A stretch of 64,000 bases of DNA, taken from the NCBI GenBank assembly GCA_040389905.1, contig JAZJZK010000005.1:224001-288000 (forward strand). The letters are read 5' to 3'. Below the pieces are notes generated by a model. It saw nothing but the letters and a program-made list of their open reading frames with translations, had not been told where the DNA came from and ran no database searches. Shown here in pieces: positions 47,822 through 57,125 of this stretch. This stretch comes from Gemmatimonadota bacterium. GTDB lineage: Bacteria; Gemmatimonadota; Gemmatimonadetes; Gemmatimonadales; Gemmatimonadaceae. The first letter of the stretch is position 1. Every line of letters begins with the position of its first letter. A program made the translations under genes and the position numbers.

Positions 47822-49236
47822 CGCGTCCCCCGTGCGGTCGTGGGCTTCGCCGTGGTGGGTTTTGCTGTCGCGGCAGGTGGCGTCGGCGGAGGACTCAGGT
47901 GTGCAGCGATCGTGAATCGCTGCGTGGCCTCGGCGCCGTTCGGCGCTTCGCGTCGCACAGGAGCAGCAGCGCGGATGTTCGTCAGTCCCGGCGTCTCCTC
48001 CAGATCGGTGAATACCTTTGCGGCGTGATCGGCAATGCCTTCGACGACGACAGAATCACCACGGCCGCGGAACGACGTGAGATAGGAGTCCACGTCGAGA
48101 TGGTCCGCGATGCGCACGAGCACCACTGTCCATTGTGGTGCCGCCCTTTCCGCCACGTTGAGCGCCGCGAGTTGCCGATATGCCGTCTCGACGGACGTTC
48201 GTCCGACCAGTGTCGTCGAGAGCTGCGGCCGCAGTGCTGCCCGTTCATTTGCCACGGCGTTCAACTGTCGCCGCACACCCCACAGCGCAAGGCCGGCCGA
48301 GAGAACAAGGAGTACAACGGCCGCCGCGCTCAGGTACAACGCCACGCGCTTTGCACTCTGTTGCTGTACCGCGCGATCGTCATCGGAGCGAAAGGCGAGA
48401 TCCGCGGCCGATGCCGCGAATGTCGCGGCGAGACGCTCTGGTTCGCCCGCTGCCTCGGCGAACGGGCCAGTCGGGCCATTCACCGTAACGCCCGCGCTGG
48501 AGAGTGCCCGTGTCAACTCGCGCCGCCCGTCGGAATGTCCGATTGCCGCCACGCGATGCACCGAAGCCGCACCGACTCGCTCCGCTGTCGCACCGATGGC
48601 CTCGGCGATTACCGAGGCGTCGGCGGCGCCCGCGCGAAATTTCCGCACCGAATGCAGCCGACCGTCGCGTAGCTGCACGAGTACCGTGCGGTCGGCGTGC
48701 GCGACGATGAGGTGCCCTGTCTTTTGACCCAGGGCAGGCCAGATCGATTTCGCTGCGCCGGCCCACGCACTCTCGGCAGGCACGATGGTATCGATCGTCA
48801 AGCCGGCATCACGCGCGGCCGCGTGAATGGCGAAGACCATGCGCTGCGATGCCGCTGCGGTGAGGACCGGTTCTCCAGCACTGCGTTTTCCCAGCGCCGC
48901 CACGCCGACCAACTGCGCGCCGCGCGCTCCAACGAAATACCGTTGTGCGCCTCGCGTGATGACCGCGCGTAGCTCGTCCTCCTTGAGTGCAGGAAGCTCG
49001 AGGGCGCGGACCTCGGCAAGCGGGGCGGCGAGCGCGACGGATAGCACGGCGCCAGCCGTTCCGGAGAGCCGTGCCATTTCGCGAAATGCCGAGACGAGCG
49101 ATGGCCATTGGTTCGCATCGTTCGAGAATGGATCGAGCGGCGCGCGCAACAGCACAACGCCGGAATCGGCGTTGACGGCCCACAGCTCACGGGCCGATGC
49201 GGACACACCAATGCGGCCAATCACCATTGCTTCCAC
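47818..49236 (-). CDS. gspL: Type II secretion protein L (PilM/PilN-like)
   Basis: Cytoplasmic actin-like N-terminus, TM, and PilN-like C-terminus (SYLTSF...VVVEG); lies between K and M. Confidence 0.75.
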   Translation of the reverse strand: MEAMVIGRIGVSASARELWAVNADSGVVLLRAPLDPFSNDANQWPSLVSAFREMARLSGTAGAVLSVALAAPLAEVRALELPALKEDELRAVITRGAQRYFVGARGAQLVGVAALGKRSAGEPVLTAAASQRMVFAIHAAARDAGLTIDTIVPAESAWAGAAKSIWPALGQKTGHLIVAHADRTVLVQLRDGRLHSVRKFRAGAADASVIAEAIGATAERVGAASVHRVAAIGHSDGRRELTRALSSAGVTVNGPTGPFAEAAGEPERLAATFAASAADLAFRSDDDRAVQQQSAKRVALYLSAAAVVLLVLSAGLALWGVRRQLNAVANERAALRPQLSTTLVGRTSVETAYRQLAALNVAERAAPQWTVVLVRIADHLDVDSYLTSFRGRGDSVVVEGIADHAAKVFTDLEETPGLTNIRAAAPVRREAPNGAEATQRFTIAAHLSPPPTPPAATAKPTTAKPTTARGTR

Positions 49237-50180
49237 TCGAGCGTGGCGAGCGTAGGAGCGGATCGTTCGATGATCGCCATCAACCTCGTTGGTTGGGCAT
49301 GCGGCGCGACGCGCGCGATGAGCGTCAATTCCACCTGCTGGGTGTTGACCGTGGTGCGCGTTGTGAGCCGCTGGGTCGTGGCCTGTACTTGAACCTGTGC
49401 CTGCGCGTTGAGTCCACGCGTGGCCGCCTGCATGACCTGCGCGACCGAGGTGATGCGTCGTCCCTGCGCACGCAGCGCGAGAATGTTCGCAAGGATTGCA
49501 TCCGTCATTCCGGGTAGCACCCGCAACACCGGTGTCGGTGCCGTATTCAGGTTGACCATTCCATCGCCGCGCACGGTGAGATAGGGACTCGCAAGCTCAT
49601 AGATCTCCGGTGTCATGTTCATCACCTGGAGCAGATCCTCGACTTCGCGGAATGGACCGTTCTGCGGCAGGGTGAGTTGACTGGCCTTCACGTACGCATC
49701 TGCTTCCGCGCCACGAAGCCGAGGCATTTCGTCGACATCGCGCCAATCCATGATCGATTGCGCGAGCCGGTCCGCCTTGTCGGCATCGTTGAGGAGAAAG
49801 CCAAAGAAGATGCGGAGCTCCGCCTCGTTGAGATTGTTGACATTGAGCTGGGTGCCGAGGTCGCGTGCCCGCACCTGGACAGCGATGCTGTCGATCGGAT
49901 AGTCGCCGGAGTAGAGACTGTCTACATCGAGCCACGGGTCCGAAGAGCGGAGAATCTGCACACCGCCACCCTGCGGCGCGATGCGCAACGCATAGTCGAG
50001 CTTCGCGAGGACGACCGCGAGCGCGCCGCCGGCCGCGGCGCGGGACTGTCCGCGCTCCGCGGTGTCGATGCCGAGCTGACGACGTTCCTTTGCTTCGATG
50101 CTGAACTCGAGTACGACGACGGCAATGGCGACGACGAGCCACAGCGCCGTGAGCAGCGCAACGCCTCGGCGGTTCTTCAT
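49221..50180 (-). CDS. gspK: Minor pseudopilin K
   Basis: MKNRRG|VALLTALW; LNVN; IMDWRD; NGPFREVEDLLQV; VNLNTAP. Confidence 0.92.
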   Translation of the reverse strand: MKNRRGVALLTALWLVVAIAVVVLEFSIEAKERRQLGIDTAERGQSRAAAGGALAVVLAKLDYALRIAPQGGGVQILRSSDPWLDVDSLYSGDYPIDSIAVQVRARDLGTQLNVNNLNEAELRIFFGFLLNDADKADRLAQSIMDWRDVDEMPRLRGAEADAYVKASQLTLPQNGPFREVEDLLQVMNMTPEIYELASPYLTVRGDGMVNLNTAPTPVLRVLPGMTDAILANILALRAQGRRITSVAQVMQAATRGLNAQAQVQVQATTQRLTTRTTVNTQQVELTLIARVAPHAQPTRLMAIIERSAPTLATLEWKQW

Positions 50181-50812
50181 TGCGCGCCGCCGAGCACGGG
50201 GAAGATCAGCGGGAGCTGAAGAATCGCGGGAACAGTCACGCCATCCGCAGGGAGCAGCGTCACACGCAGCGCGGTCACGGAGATCGTCGACGCTTCCGTC
50301 GATGGGAACCAGCGCTTGGTTCTCGCGTCGAGGAACTCGACCACGAGTGTGCCGATCGATGCATCGACCTCGCGGCGCTGAAGCGGAGTCTGATTCGTCG
50401 CGCGGTACTCCATCGTGAGCCCCGTCTCGGGCGTTTGCGTATCCCCGTCGACGAACAGCCGGATCTGAACCGTCGGCGCCATGGCGGGATTCGGCGCAGA
50501 TGTGGTGAACCGAATCTCGTCGCCAGCCGCGGCCGCCTCGCTCACACCGCCTGTCGAGGAAGACACCGGCGCGCCACGGAGCCCCCGAGGGCCACCACCC
50601 TGGCGAATCTGCACTGTGCCCGACGTCAGCCACAGACGAAGCGTTTCCCGTAGCGCGACCGCGCGTTCCATGGTGACCGTCGATTCCTTGATGACGCGAC
50701 GATGATCCATGATGGACCCGAATGTCGCTGTGCCCATCGCGGCCATCACGCCGGTGAGCACCAGCCCGACGATGAGCTCCATCAGGGTCATGCCCCGTCG
50801 AGCGCGCATCAT
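50177..50812 (-). CDS. gspJ: Minor pseudopilin J
   Basis: RARRG|MTLMELIVGL prepilin motif; position before gspK. Confidence 0.78.
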   Translation of the reverse strand: MMRARRGMTLMELIVGLVLTGVMAAMGTATFGSIMDHRRVIKESTVTMERAVALRETLRLWLTSGTVQIRQGGGPRGLRGAPVSSSTGGVSEAAAAGDEIRFTTSAPNPAMAPTVQIRLFVDGDTQTPETGLTMEYRATNQTPLQRREVDASIGTLVVEFLDARTKRWFPSTEASTISVTALRVTLLPADGVTVPAILQLPLIFPVLGGAQ

Positions 50813-51201
50813 CGGCGCCCCGTGGCTTGTGGCGGCCGGCGATACAGCGCGCTGTGCAGTGAATACGATCCTTCGGGCCAGGTGACCGTGACCTCCACGT
50901 CGTACACACCGCCGACTTCCGCGCGTGGTGCGGACTTCGTGGTCCACTTGTATTCGTCGAGTGGCTTGTCGAACACGCCGCGCGACACCGAGTCGGGCAG
51001 GTCCTGCAACTCCCGATCATTCATGAGCCCGAGGAAGTCGAGTCGTTGCGTGGCAAGCGCTTCGACTTCCAATGCCCGACGCGCACGTTCGGCCGTCTTC
51101 ATCTCCGCTGCCACGGCGGCGAGCGCACTCACCGATGTGACGCCGATGATTGCCAGGGCGGCAACCGCTTCGAAGAGGGTGATGCCGCGTCTAGCGCGCA
51201 T
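50809..51201 (-). CDS. gspI: Minor pseudopilin I
   Basis: MRARRG|ITLFEAVAAL prepilin motif; VEVTVTW. Confidence 0.8.
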   Translation of the reverse strand: MRARRGITLFEAVAALAIIGVTSVSALAAVAAEMKTAERARRALEVEALATQRLDFLGLMNDRELQDLPDSVSRGVFDKPLDEYKWTTKSAPRAEVGGVYDVEVTVTWPEGSYSLHSALYRRPPQATGRR

Positions 51202-51859
51202 CGGTCCTCGCAACGCCGCTCCAGGGATCGACCGCCACGAGGACGGTGGCGCCCAGACCACGAACGAGAACGGTATCGGCGAATGCGGCACCACTCGGGC
51301 GGAAGATGTAGGTCAGACGCTGTTGCTCGGTGACGAGCGTTTCCGTTGCATCGAGCTCGATCGTACCCTCGGCGAACTTTCCCGTGCCGGACACGCCGGA
51401 GGTGTCCGCGCGATAGCGACCGGTGAGCGGATCGATGCGCAGGCTCACCATGGCGTTCTTGTCGATCGCGGCCTTTCGCGCGTCACGCAGCAGGGCGAGC
51501 ATGCCCGCTGCTGCCTGCGGTTCCTTATTGGTGCCGAGGCGGGCCAGCGCGGGGACGACCAACGCGGCGGAGAGTGCCATGATCGCGAGCACGATGGCCA
51601 TCTCAAACAACGTGAAGGCGGGCCGTCCAAGTCTGGCACCGTACGACGTTCTCGCTGTCGGTGTCGTTTTTACCGCAGAGGACGCAGAGGCGCAGAGGTA
51701 CGCAGAGGAAAACCAGGAACTGCTTTTGCTTGTTTTGTCACCCCGAGACGAGGCACTGCTATTGCTCGTTTTGTCGCCCTGAGCGAAGCGAAGGGCCTGC
51801 ACCTCCGCAGTCCTCTGCGTTCCTCTGCTCCTCTGCGTCCTCTGCGGTAATTGACTCAT
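51191..51859 (-). CDS. gspH: Minor pseudopilin H with a repeat-expanded leader
   Basis: RPA|FTLFEMAIVLAI; LLRDARKAAI; FRPSG. The ATG overlaps the gspF stop (ATGA). Confidence 0.8.
   Translation of the reverse strand: MSQLPQRTQRSRGTQRTAEVQALRFAQGDKTSNSSASSRGDKTSKSSSWFSSAYLCASASSAVKTTPTARTSYGARLGRPAFTLFEMAIVLAIMALSAALVVPALARLGTNKEPQAAAGMLALLRDARKAAIDKNAMVSLRIDPLTGRYRADTSGVSGTGKFAEGTIELDATETLVTEQQRLTYIFRPSGAAFADTVLVRGLGATVLVAVDPWSGVARTDAR
51670..51850. repeat. Composite family C plus B palindrome inside the gspH leader
   Basis: TTACCGCAGAGGACGCAGAGG...CCTCTGCGTCCTCTGCGGTAA; homologous, in inverted orientation, to 26405-26601. Confidence 0.9.
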
Positions 51860-53061
51860 TTGAACGAATTTGCGTTGATGCCGTAAATCGCCTGCAACAA
51901 CGAGAGCGCGACGAACGCCACGATCGCACCGAACACCACGATCATCGCCGGCTCGGCGAGTGTGGCGAGCCGTTGTGTCGCCCGCTCCGTGCGCTCCTCG
52001 AAAATGTCGGCGGACTTCAACAGAAAGACGCGCAGCTCGCCCGCATCCTCACCCACGCCGATCAGTTGCGCGAGCAGCGGCGGAAAGATCGTGCTGTTTC
52101 CAACGGCGTTCCTGAGCGAGCTGCCTTCACGAACCGCACTGCGGATGCGAATCGCATCATCCCGGCCGATAGGGTCACCGATCGATTCGATCGTGTCGTC
52201 GAGTGCCGTCAGCAACGGAGCCCCGCCGCCGAGCAGCACGCCAACAAGGCGCGCAAAGCGGGCGGCGAGTGCGTAGCGGCGGAGCGTGCTCACGCCGGGA
52301 ACCGCGAGGAGCAGCGACGACCACACGCGCGCGCCCTCGGCGGTGTTCCGCATCCACGTGGCGGCGAGCACCATGCCGGCAGGTATCATCAGCAACACCG
52401 GCCAGAAGCGGTGCAGCAGCGCCGACAGGCCAATGAGAATCGACGTCGACGTCGGCAATTTGGCGCCGCTGCCCTCGAGGAGCGTCACGAAGCGCGGCAG
52501 CACGAAGAACATCAGCACGCTCACGGCCGCCGAGCCGGCGAAGGCGAGCAGAAAGGGATAGATCGACGCCGACATCACGCGCCCGCGGAGCTGTTCGTCA
52601 CGGTCGAGCTGGTCGGCGAGGCGAGCGAACGCGCTGTCGATGTCGCCGCTCCGCTCGCCGGCGCGGACGAGCCCAACGTAGAGCGGGGAAAAGAGCTGCG
52701 GATGCGCCGCGAGCGCAGTCGAGAGCGTGTCGCCTCGCTCCACGCGCGCGCGAACTTCGTCGAGTGCCGTGCGGACTTCTCCAGAGGCGACACCTGACGC
52801 GGCGCGCAATGCCTGCGCGAGTGGCATACCGACGGGTAACAGGGCGGCGAGCGCTCGCGTCACCTCGAGAACCTCTCGCCGCCGGCCGAACTTGAAGAAT
52901 CCGCCACTTCCCGCCGATTCGGCTTGAGACTCCGCCACATCGATGACCAGCAGTCCGCGATCCTCGAGCGCGCGAGAAAGAGCGCCGCCGCTGACGGCGT
53001 TCTCCTTCCCCCGCAGGCGCTTACCTGCGCGGTCAACGGCCTGATACGCGAATGTGGGCAT
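51856..53061 (-). CDS. gspF: Type II secretion inner-membrane platform protein
   Basis: MPTFAYQA, LVRAGERSG, SASIYP, VGEDAGEL and LAEPAMI. Confidence 0.95.
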   Translation of the reverse strand: MPTFAYQAVDRAGKRLRGKENAVSGGALSRALEDRGLLVIDVAESQAESAGSGGFFKFGRRREVLEVTRALAALLPVGMPLAQALRAASGVASGEVRTALDEVRARVERGDTLSTALAAHPQLFSPLYVGLVRAGERSGDIDSAFARLADQLDRDEQLRGRVMSASIYPFLLAFAGSAAVSVLMFFVLPRFVTLLEGSGAKLPTSTSILIGLSALLHRFWPVLLMIPAGMVLAATWMRNTAEGARVWSSLLLAVPGVSTLRRYALAARFARLVGVLLGGGAPLLTALDDTIESIGDPIGRDDAIRIRSAVREGSSLRNAVGNSTIFPPLLAQLIGVGEDAGELRVFLLKSADIFEERTERATQRLATLAEPAMIVVFGAIVAFVALSLLQAIYGINANSFK

Positions 53062-53082
53062 CGACGGGGAGCGGAAACCCGC

Positions 53083-53541
53083 CTATTTCCAGCTCGCGAT
53101 GTCGGCGTCTTCGCCTTCGCCACCTGGTTTGCCATCGGCGCCGTACGACACGAGGTCGTAACCCTGAAGATTCGCCTGACCGGGGAACAGGTAGAGGTAG
53201 GCGCGTCCCCAGGGGTCTACGGGCACCTCTTTCCGGAGGTACGGCGCCCGCCAGTTGGCCGGCGGATCGATACTCGGCTTCTCCCACAGGGCGCCAAGTC
53301 CTTGCTGCGTATTGGGATACGTACCGTTGTCGAGACGATAGGCGTCGAGTGCAGCACCCAACATTTCGATTTGAGACTTCGCGGTTGCCGACTTGGCGGC
53401 GCCCACGTGCTGGAAGATGTTCGGGGCCACGAGGGTGGCCAGAATGGCGATCACGACGATCACCACGAGGATCTCGATGAGCGTGAAACCGGAACGGCGG
53501 CTCGCGGACAGCGGCGAGCGAAAACGACGGAAGCGGGTCAT
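53083..53541 (-). CDS. gspG: Major pseudopilin
   Basis: SG|FTLIEILVV; ALDAYRLDNGTYP; VPVDPWG; SYGADGKPGGEGEDADI. Confidence 0.97.
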   Translation of the reverse strand: MTRFRRFRSPLSASRRSGFTLIEILVVIVVIAILATLVAPNIFQHVGAAKSATAKSQIEMLGAALDAYRLDNGTYPNTQQGLGALWEKPSIDPPANWRAPYLRKEVPVDPWGRAYLYLFPGQANLQGYDLVSYGADGKPGGEGEDADIASWK

Positions 53542-53639
53542 GGGAATCTTTGGGAGGAGTCCTGCACTAGGTATACACCGGCGGAGCGACTTTCGTTTAC
53601 TGACACTCTATCGGACGTTGCGGTTGACGCATTGTTTCT

Positions 53640-53769
53640 GCTCGTTTTGTCATCCTGAGCCCTTCGTCGCTTGCGCTCCTCGAGGGCAGGCTTCGCGAAG
53701 GACCTGCACCTGCAAAAAAAAGCGAACTGCACGTGCAGGCCTTTCGCTTCGCTGGGCGTCAAAACGAGC
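53640..53769. repeat. REP-like palindrome, family B
   Basis: GCTCGTTTTGTCATCCTGAGC...CGAAGGACCTGCAC / GTGCAGGCCTTTCGCTTCGCT...CAAAACGAGC. Confidence 0.8.
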
Positions 53770-53840
53770 GGCTTCTCAACAGCGACAGAAAGTCGTACGT
53801 TCTCCCCTATATGGCTGACGTCTCAGGGAAACGGAATGTT

Positions 53841-54449
53841 ATGAAACGATTGTCGCAGCGAGCAGCGGGTCTGGCGTTGGCGGTGTCTGTCGCCGGCGCG
53901 CCGACGGTGGGGGCGCAGGCGAAAGCAGGACCCACGCGGAGCGAAGCAGACGTCAATTTCATGCAGGGCATGATCCCGCACCATGCGCAAGCCGTGCTGA
54001 TTGCCGGTTGGGCCGCATCGCACGGTGCGCGCGACGACGTCCGCATTCTCTGTGAGCGCATCGTCGTCGGACAGAAGGACGAGATTGCGCTCATGCGCTA
54101 TTGGCTGAAGGAGAAGGGCGAAGACGTCCCCGCGCCCGACGCCACGCACATGAAAATGAAGATGAACGGCATGATCCACGACATGCTCATGCCCGGCATG
54201 CTCAACGAGGCGCAACTCGCGGAGCTGGACAAGGCGCGCGGCTCCGATTTCGACCGACTGTTCCTCACCGCGATGATCGCGCACCACGAGGGTGCCATCG
54301 CCATGGTCGACGAACTGCTCAACTCCAAGAACGCCGCGCAGGATGACATCGTCTACCGAATGTCGTCCGACGTCTACGCCGACCAGACGACGGAAATCGA
54401 ACGGATGACGAAGATGCTCGCGACCGTTCCTCCAGCAAAGACGCCCTGA
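53841..54449 (+). CDS. DUF305 domain protein (ferritin-like), secreted
   Basis: ADVNFMQGMIPHHAQA, MPGM, FDRLFLTAMIAHHEGA and DQTTEIERM; signal peptide. Confidence 0.92.
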   Translation: MKRLSQRAAGLALAVSVAGAPTVGAQAKAGPTRSEADVNFMQGMIPHHAQAVLIAGWAASHGARDDVRILCERIVVGQKDEIALMRYWLKEKGEDVPAPDATHMKMKMNGMIHDMLMPGMLNEAQLAELDKARGSDFDRLFLTAMIAHHEGAIAMVDELLNSKNAAQDDIVYRMSSDVYADQTTEIERMTKMLATVPPAKTP

Positions 54450-54500
54450 CGTATTGCACGAACGCTGTCTTCGATGGCTCCTCTTGAAATGGTCCCCTCC

Positions 54501-56405
54501 GTGAAACGTTCCTTCCTGTTTTCGAGCGCCCTCGCCGTTGCCGTGCTCGCCGCAGCCTGCGCGAAGATGTCATCCTCTTCGGCGCCGGACGAGTATCCGG
54601 CGCCTGATATGTCCATGTCGCCTCCGCGTCCCGATCCGCGAGTCGGACTCGCCCCCGGGACGATGGTGCGGTACTCGCTCGATTCCACCAAGCGCGTGAT
54701 CGCGACAAAGGCCGCGGAAGCAGGATGGAACATGCGGCTGCTGTCGAGCCGGACCCCAGCCGAGCCGTTCGTGGGCGTGACCCATTCCGACCTGGCATTC
54801 ATGGGCAAGTACGCCATCCAGGGCAACTACGACGGCTACCAAGTCTGGGACATCTCCAATCCGAGGGACCCCAAGATCTACGACGAATACGTCTGTCGCG
54901 GCTCGCAGAGTGACGTCTCCGTCTACAAGCACCTCATCTTCGTGTCCGGCGAAGCCACCAGCGGCCGGCTCGACTGCGGCAAGCAGGGGGTCGAGGATAG
55001 CGTCAGCAAGGAGCGGTTCCGCGGTATTCGCGTGTTCGACGCAACCGACCTGAAGCATCCGAAATACGTCGCGAGTGTGCAGACGTGCCGCGGGTCGCAC
55101 ACGCATACCGTCGTCGAAGACCCGAAGGACGCGGCGAACATCTACGTCTATGTGTCCGGTAGCTCCGGGGTACGGCCCTCGGCGGAGCTGCAAGGCTGCG
55201 TGGATGCGGCGCCGGACGTCGATCCCGCGGGCGAGCGATTCCGGATCGAAGTGGTGCAGATTCCGCTGGCACATCCGGAGCAGGCGCATGTGGTCAGCAA
55301 GCCTGGCATTCTGACGGCGCTTGGTGTGGCGCCTCGGAGCAACGCGCGCGCAGCGCAGGACTCGGCTGAACGAGCGAATGCTCCGCCTCGTGGTGGCGGC
55401 GCCGGTCGCGCTGGTGGAGCAGGTCGTGCCGGAGGAGCAGGTCGTGCCGGAGGAGCACCGCGTGCACCGAGTGGTCCGGTACAGTGTCACGACATCACGG
55501 TCTATCCAGCCATCGGGCTCGGTGGCGGTGCCTGTGGCGGTTACGGACTGTTGCTGGACATCAGTGACGTCGCGAACCCGAAGCGCATTTACGCGGCAGC
55601 CGATTCGAACATGCAGTTCTGGCATTCGGCGACGTTCAACAACGATGGCAGCAAGGTTCTCTTCAGCGACGAATGGGGCGGAGGATCGGCGCCCCGCTGC
55701 CGCGTGACGGATCATTACGAGTGGGGCTCCGACGCGCTCTTCACGATCAGCGCGGACAAAAAGCTCGATTTCAAGAGCTATTACAAAATGCCCGCGGCGC
55801 AGACGTCGTTCGAGAACTGCGTAGCCCACAACGGCTCGCTCATTCCGATTCCCGGTCGCGACGTGATGGTGCAGTCGTGGTATCAGGGCGGTTTGTCGAT
55901 CTTCGATTGGACGGACGCCTCGCACCCGAAGGAGATCGCGTTCTACGATCGCGGTCCGCTCGACACGCTGGGTGCCGGTGCCAATGGGGGATCGTGGTCC
56001 GCGTACTGGTACAACGGCGTCATCGTGAGCTCCGAGATCGGACGTGGCCTCGACATCTATGACATCGTGCCGAGTGCGTTCATCTCGAAGAACGAGCTCG
56101 AAGCAGCCAAGACCGTGCACTTCGACTACCTCAACGTGCAGGGGCAGCAGAAGATGGTGTGGCCGGCGAGCTTTGCGCTGTCGCGCGCGTACCTCGATCA
56201 GCTCGAACGGAATACGGGTTTGGCGGCGGAGAAGATCCAGGCGGATCGCGCTGACCTCGCCGCGGCCGAGAAGCTGTCAGGGCAGGCGCGAAAGGATGCG
56301 CTCGATGCGCTGTCGAAGCGCATGCATGGCGACGCACAGGGCGCGAAGGATGCGCCCAAGGCGCACAAGGTGGCGTTCTCCGTGGGGGATCTGGCGAAGA
56401 TCTGA
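54501..56405 (+). CDS. LVIVD-repeat-like lipoprotein
   Basis: LAAA|C lipobox; SDLAF, QSDVSVY, QTCRGSHTH, CHDITVYP, FSDEWGGG and ENCVAHNG. Commonly paired with DUF305. The start could instead be 54474. Confidence 0.8.
   Translation: MKRSFLFSSALAVAVLAAACAKMSSSSAPDEYPAPDMSMSPPRPDPRVGLAPGTMVRYSLDSTKRVIATKAAEAGWNMRLLSSRTPAEPFVGVTHSDLAFMGKYAIQGNYDGYQVWDISNPRDPKIYDEYVCRGSQSDVSVYKHLIFVSGEATSGRLDCGKQGVEDSVSKERFRGIRVFDATDLKHPKYVASVQTCRGSHTHTVVEDPKDAANIYVYVSGSSGVRPSAELQGCVDAAPDVDPAGERFRIEVVQIPLAHPEQAHVVSKPGILTALGVAPRSNARAAQDSAERANAPPRGGGAGRAGGAGRAGGAGRAGGAPRAPSGPVQCHDITVYPAIGLGGGACGGYGLLLDISDVANPKRIYAAADSNMQFWHSATFNNDGSKVLFSDEWGGGSAPRCRVTDHYEWGSDALFTISADKKLDFKSYYKMPAAQTSFENCVAHNGSLIPIPGRDVMVQSWYQGGLSIFDWTDASHPKEIAFYDRGPLDTLGAGANGGSWSAYWYNGVIVSSEIGRGLDIYDIVPSAFISKNELEAAKTVHFDYLNVQGQQKMVWPASFALSRAYLDQLERNTGLAAEKIQADRADLAAAEKLSGQARKDALDALSKRMHGDAQGAKDAPKAHKVAFSVGDLAKI
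55398..55457 (+). repeat. In-frame 18-bp tandem repeat encoding (GAGRAG)3
   Basis: GGAGCAGGTCGTGCCGGA x2 perfect, plus one degenerate copy. Confidence 0.85.
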
Positions 56406-56513
56406 TTTCGCTCGGGATGGACGCGTTGTAAGAGCGTTGAGGAACGGCGTTGTTCGACGCTCAACACGGATTGGACGGATCTTTCTGATTTTGTGGATTG
56501 ATTCATCAAAGGG

Positions 56514-56549
56514 GCAGGCCTGGCGATGCGCCGGGCCTGCTTTCTTCTT
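56514..56549 (+). terminator. Probable intrinsic terminator
   Basis: GCAGGCCTGGCG-ATG-CGCCGGGCCTGC stem followed by TTTCTTCTT. Confidence 0.6.
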
Positions 56550-56594
56550 ATCCATTGATTTGCGTCGCGCGCGCTTCCGTCCCATGATTCGGCC

Positions 56595-56750
56595 ATGCGG
56601 CACATCGAGGTTGGCAAGATCGCCGACCTCCTATTGCTCGATGCGAATCCGCTGGCCGACATTCGCAATACGCGCCGCATAGCGGTCGTGGTGGCGAACG
56701 GGCGGGTGTTTACCGCCAGCGAACGGCGGCGGTTGATGCCGCGGCGGTGA
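56595..56750 (+). pseudogene. C-terminal remnant of an amidohydrolase-family gene
   Basis: MRHIEVGKIADLLLLDANPLADIRNTRRIAVVVANGRVF is the typical amidohydrolase C-terminal motif; the rest of the gene is absent. Confidence 0.8.
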
Positions 56751-56789
56751 CGACTTCCAGTGCGGCCCTGAACTCGCGCTGACGAGCAT

Positions 56790-57125
56790 TCAATAAAGAC
56801 ACGCGTCGAGAATCGACATCACCTCGTCCAGCAACTCCGCCGGCGCCTTGCCCAATCGCTTGGCCTTCCGGGAGTTGAAGTCAATGGATTTTACCTGTTC
56901 AACCATCACGACGCCCGTGACGTCATGGCCATCTGGCACAGACACGTGAAACGGGTGAGCTCTCCGCGTGTTGGTGATCGGGCACGCGACACACAGACCC
57001 GTGTGCTTGTTGAACAGGTCATTGCTGATGACGAGCGCGGGCCGCCGACCACGTTGCTCGTGTCCTGCCTGCGGGTCAAAGGTGAGGTTGATGAACTCTC
57101 CCTTCTTCGGGATGTAGTCCGCCAT
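56790..57125 (-). CDS. mazF: PemK/MazF family toxin
   Basis: YIPKKGE, FDPQAGHEQRGRRPALVIS, CPIT and EQVKSIDF. Confidence 0.95.
   Translation of the reverse strand: MADYIPKKGEFINLTFDPQAGHEQRGRRPALVISNDLFNKHTGLCVACPITNTRRAHPFHVSVPDGHDVTGVVMVEQVKSIDFNSRKAKRLGKAPAELLDEVMSILDACLY

Noticed and set aside
49221..51020. 599-aa ORF as an extended GspK (likewise the 753-aa GspD ORF and the 244-aa MazE ORF)
   Set aside because: The N-terminal extensions overlap genuine upstream genes in other frames. Coupled starts at 50180, 46701 and 57374 fit the family motifs.
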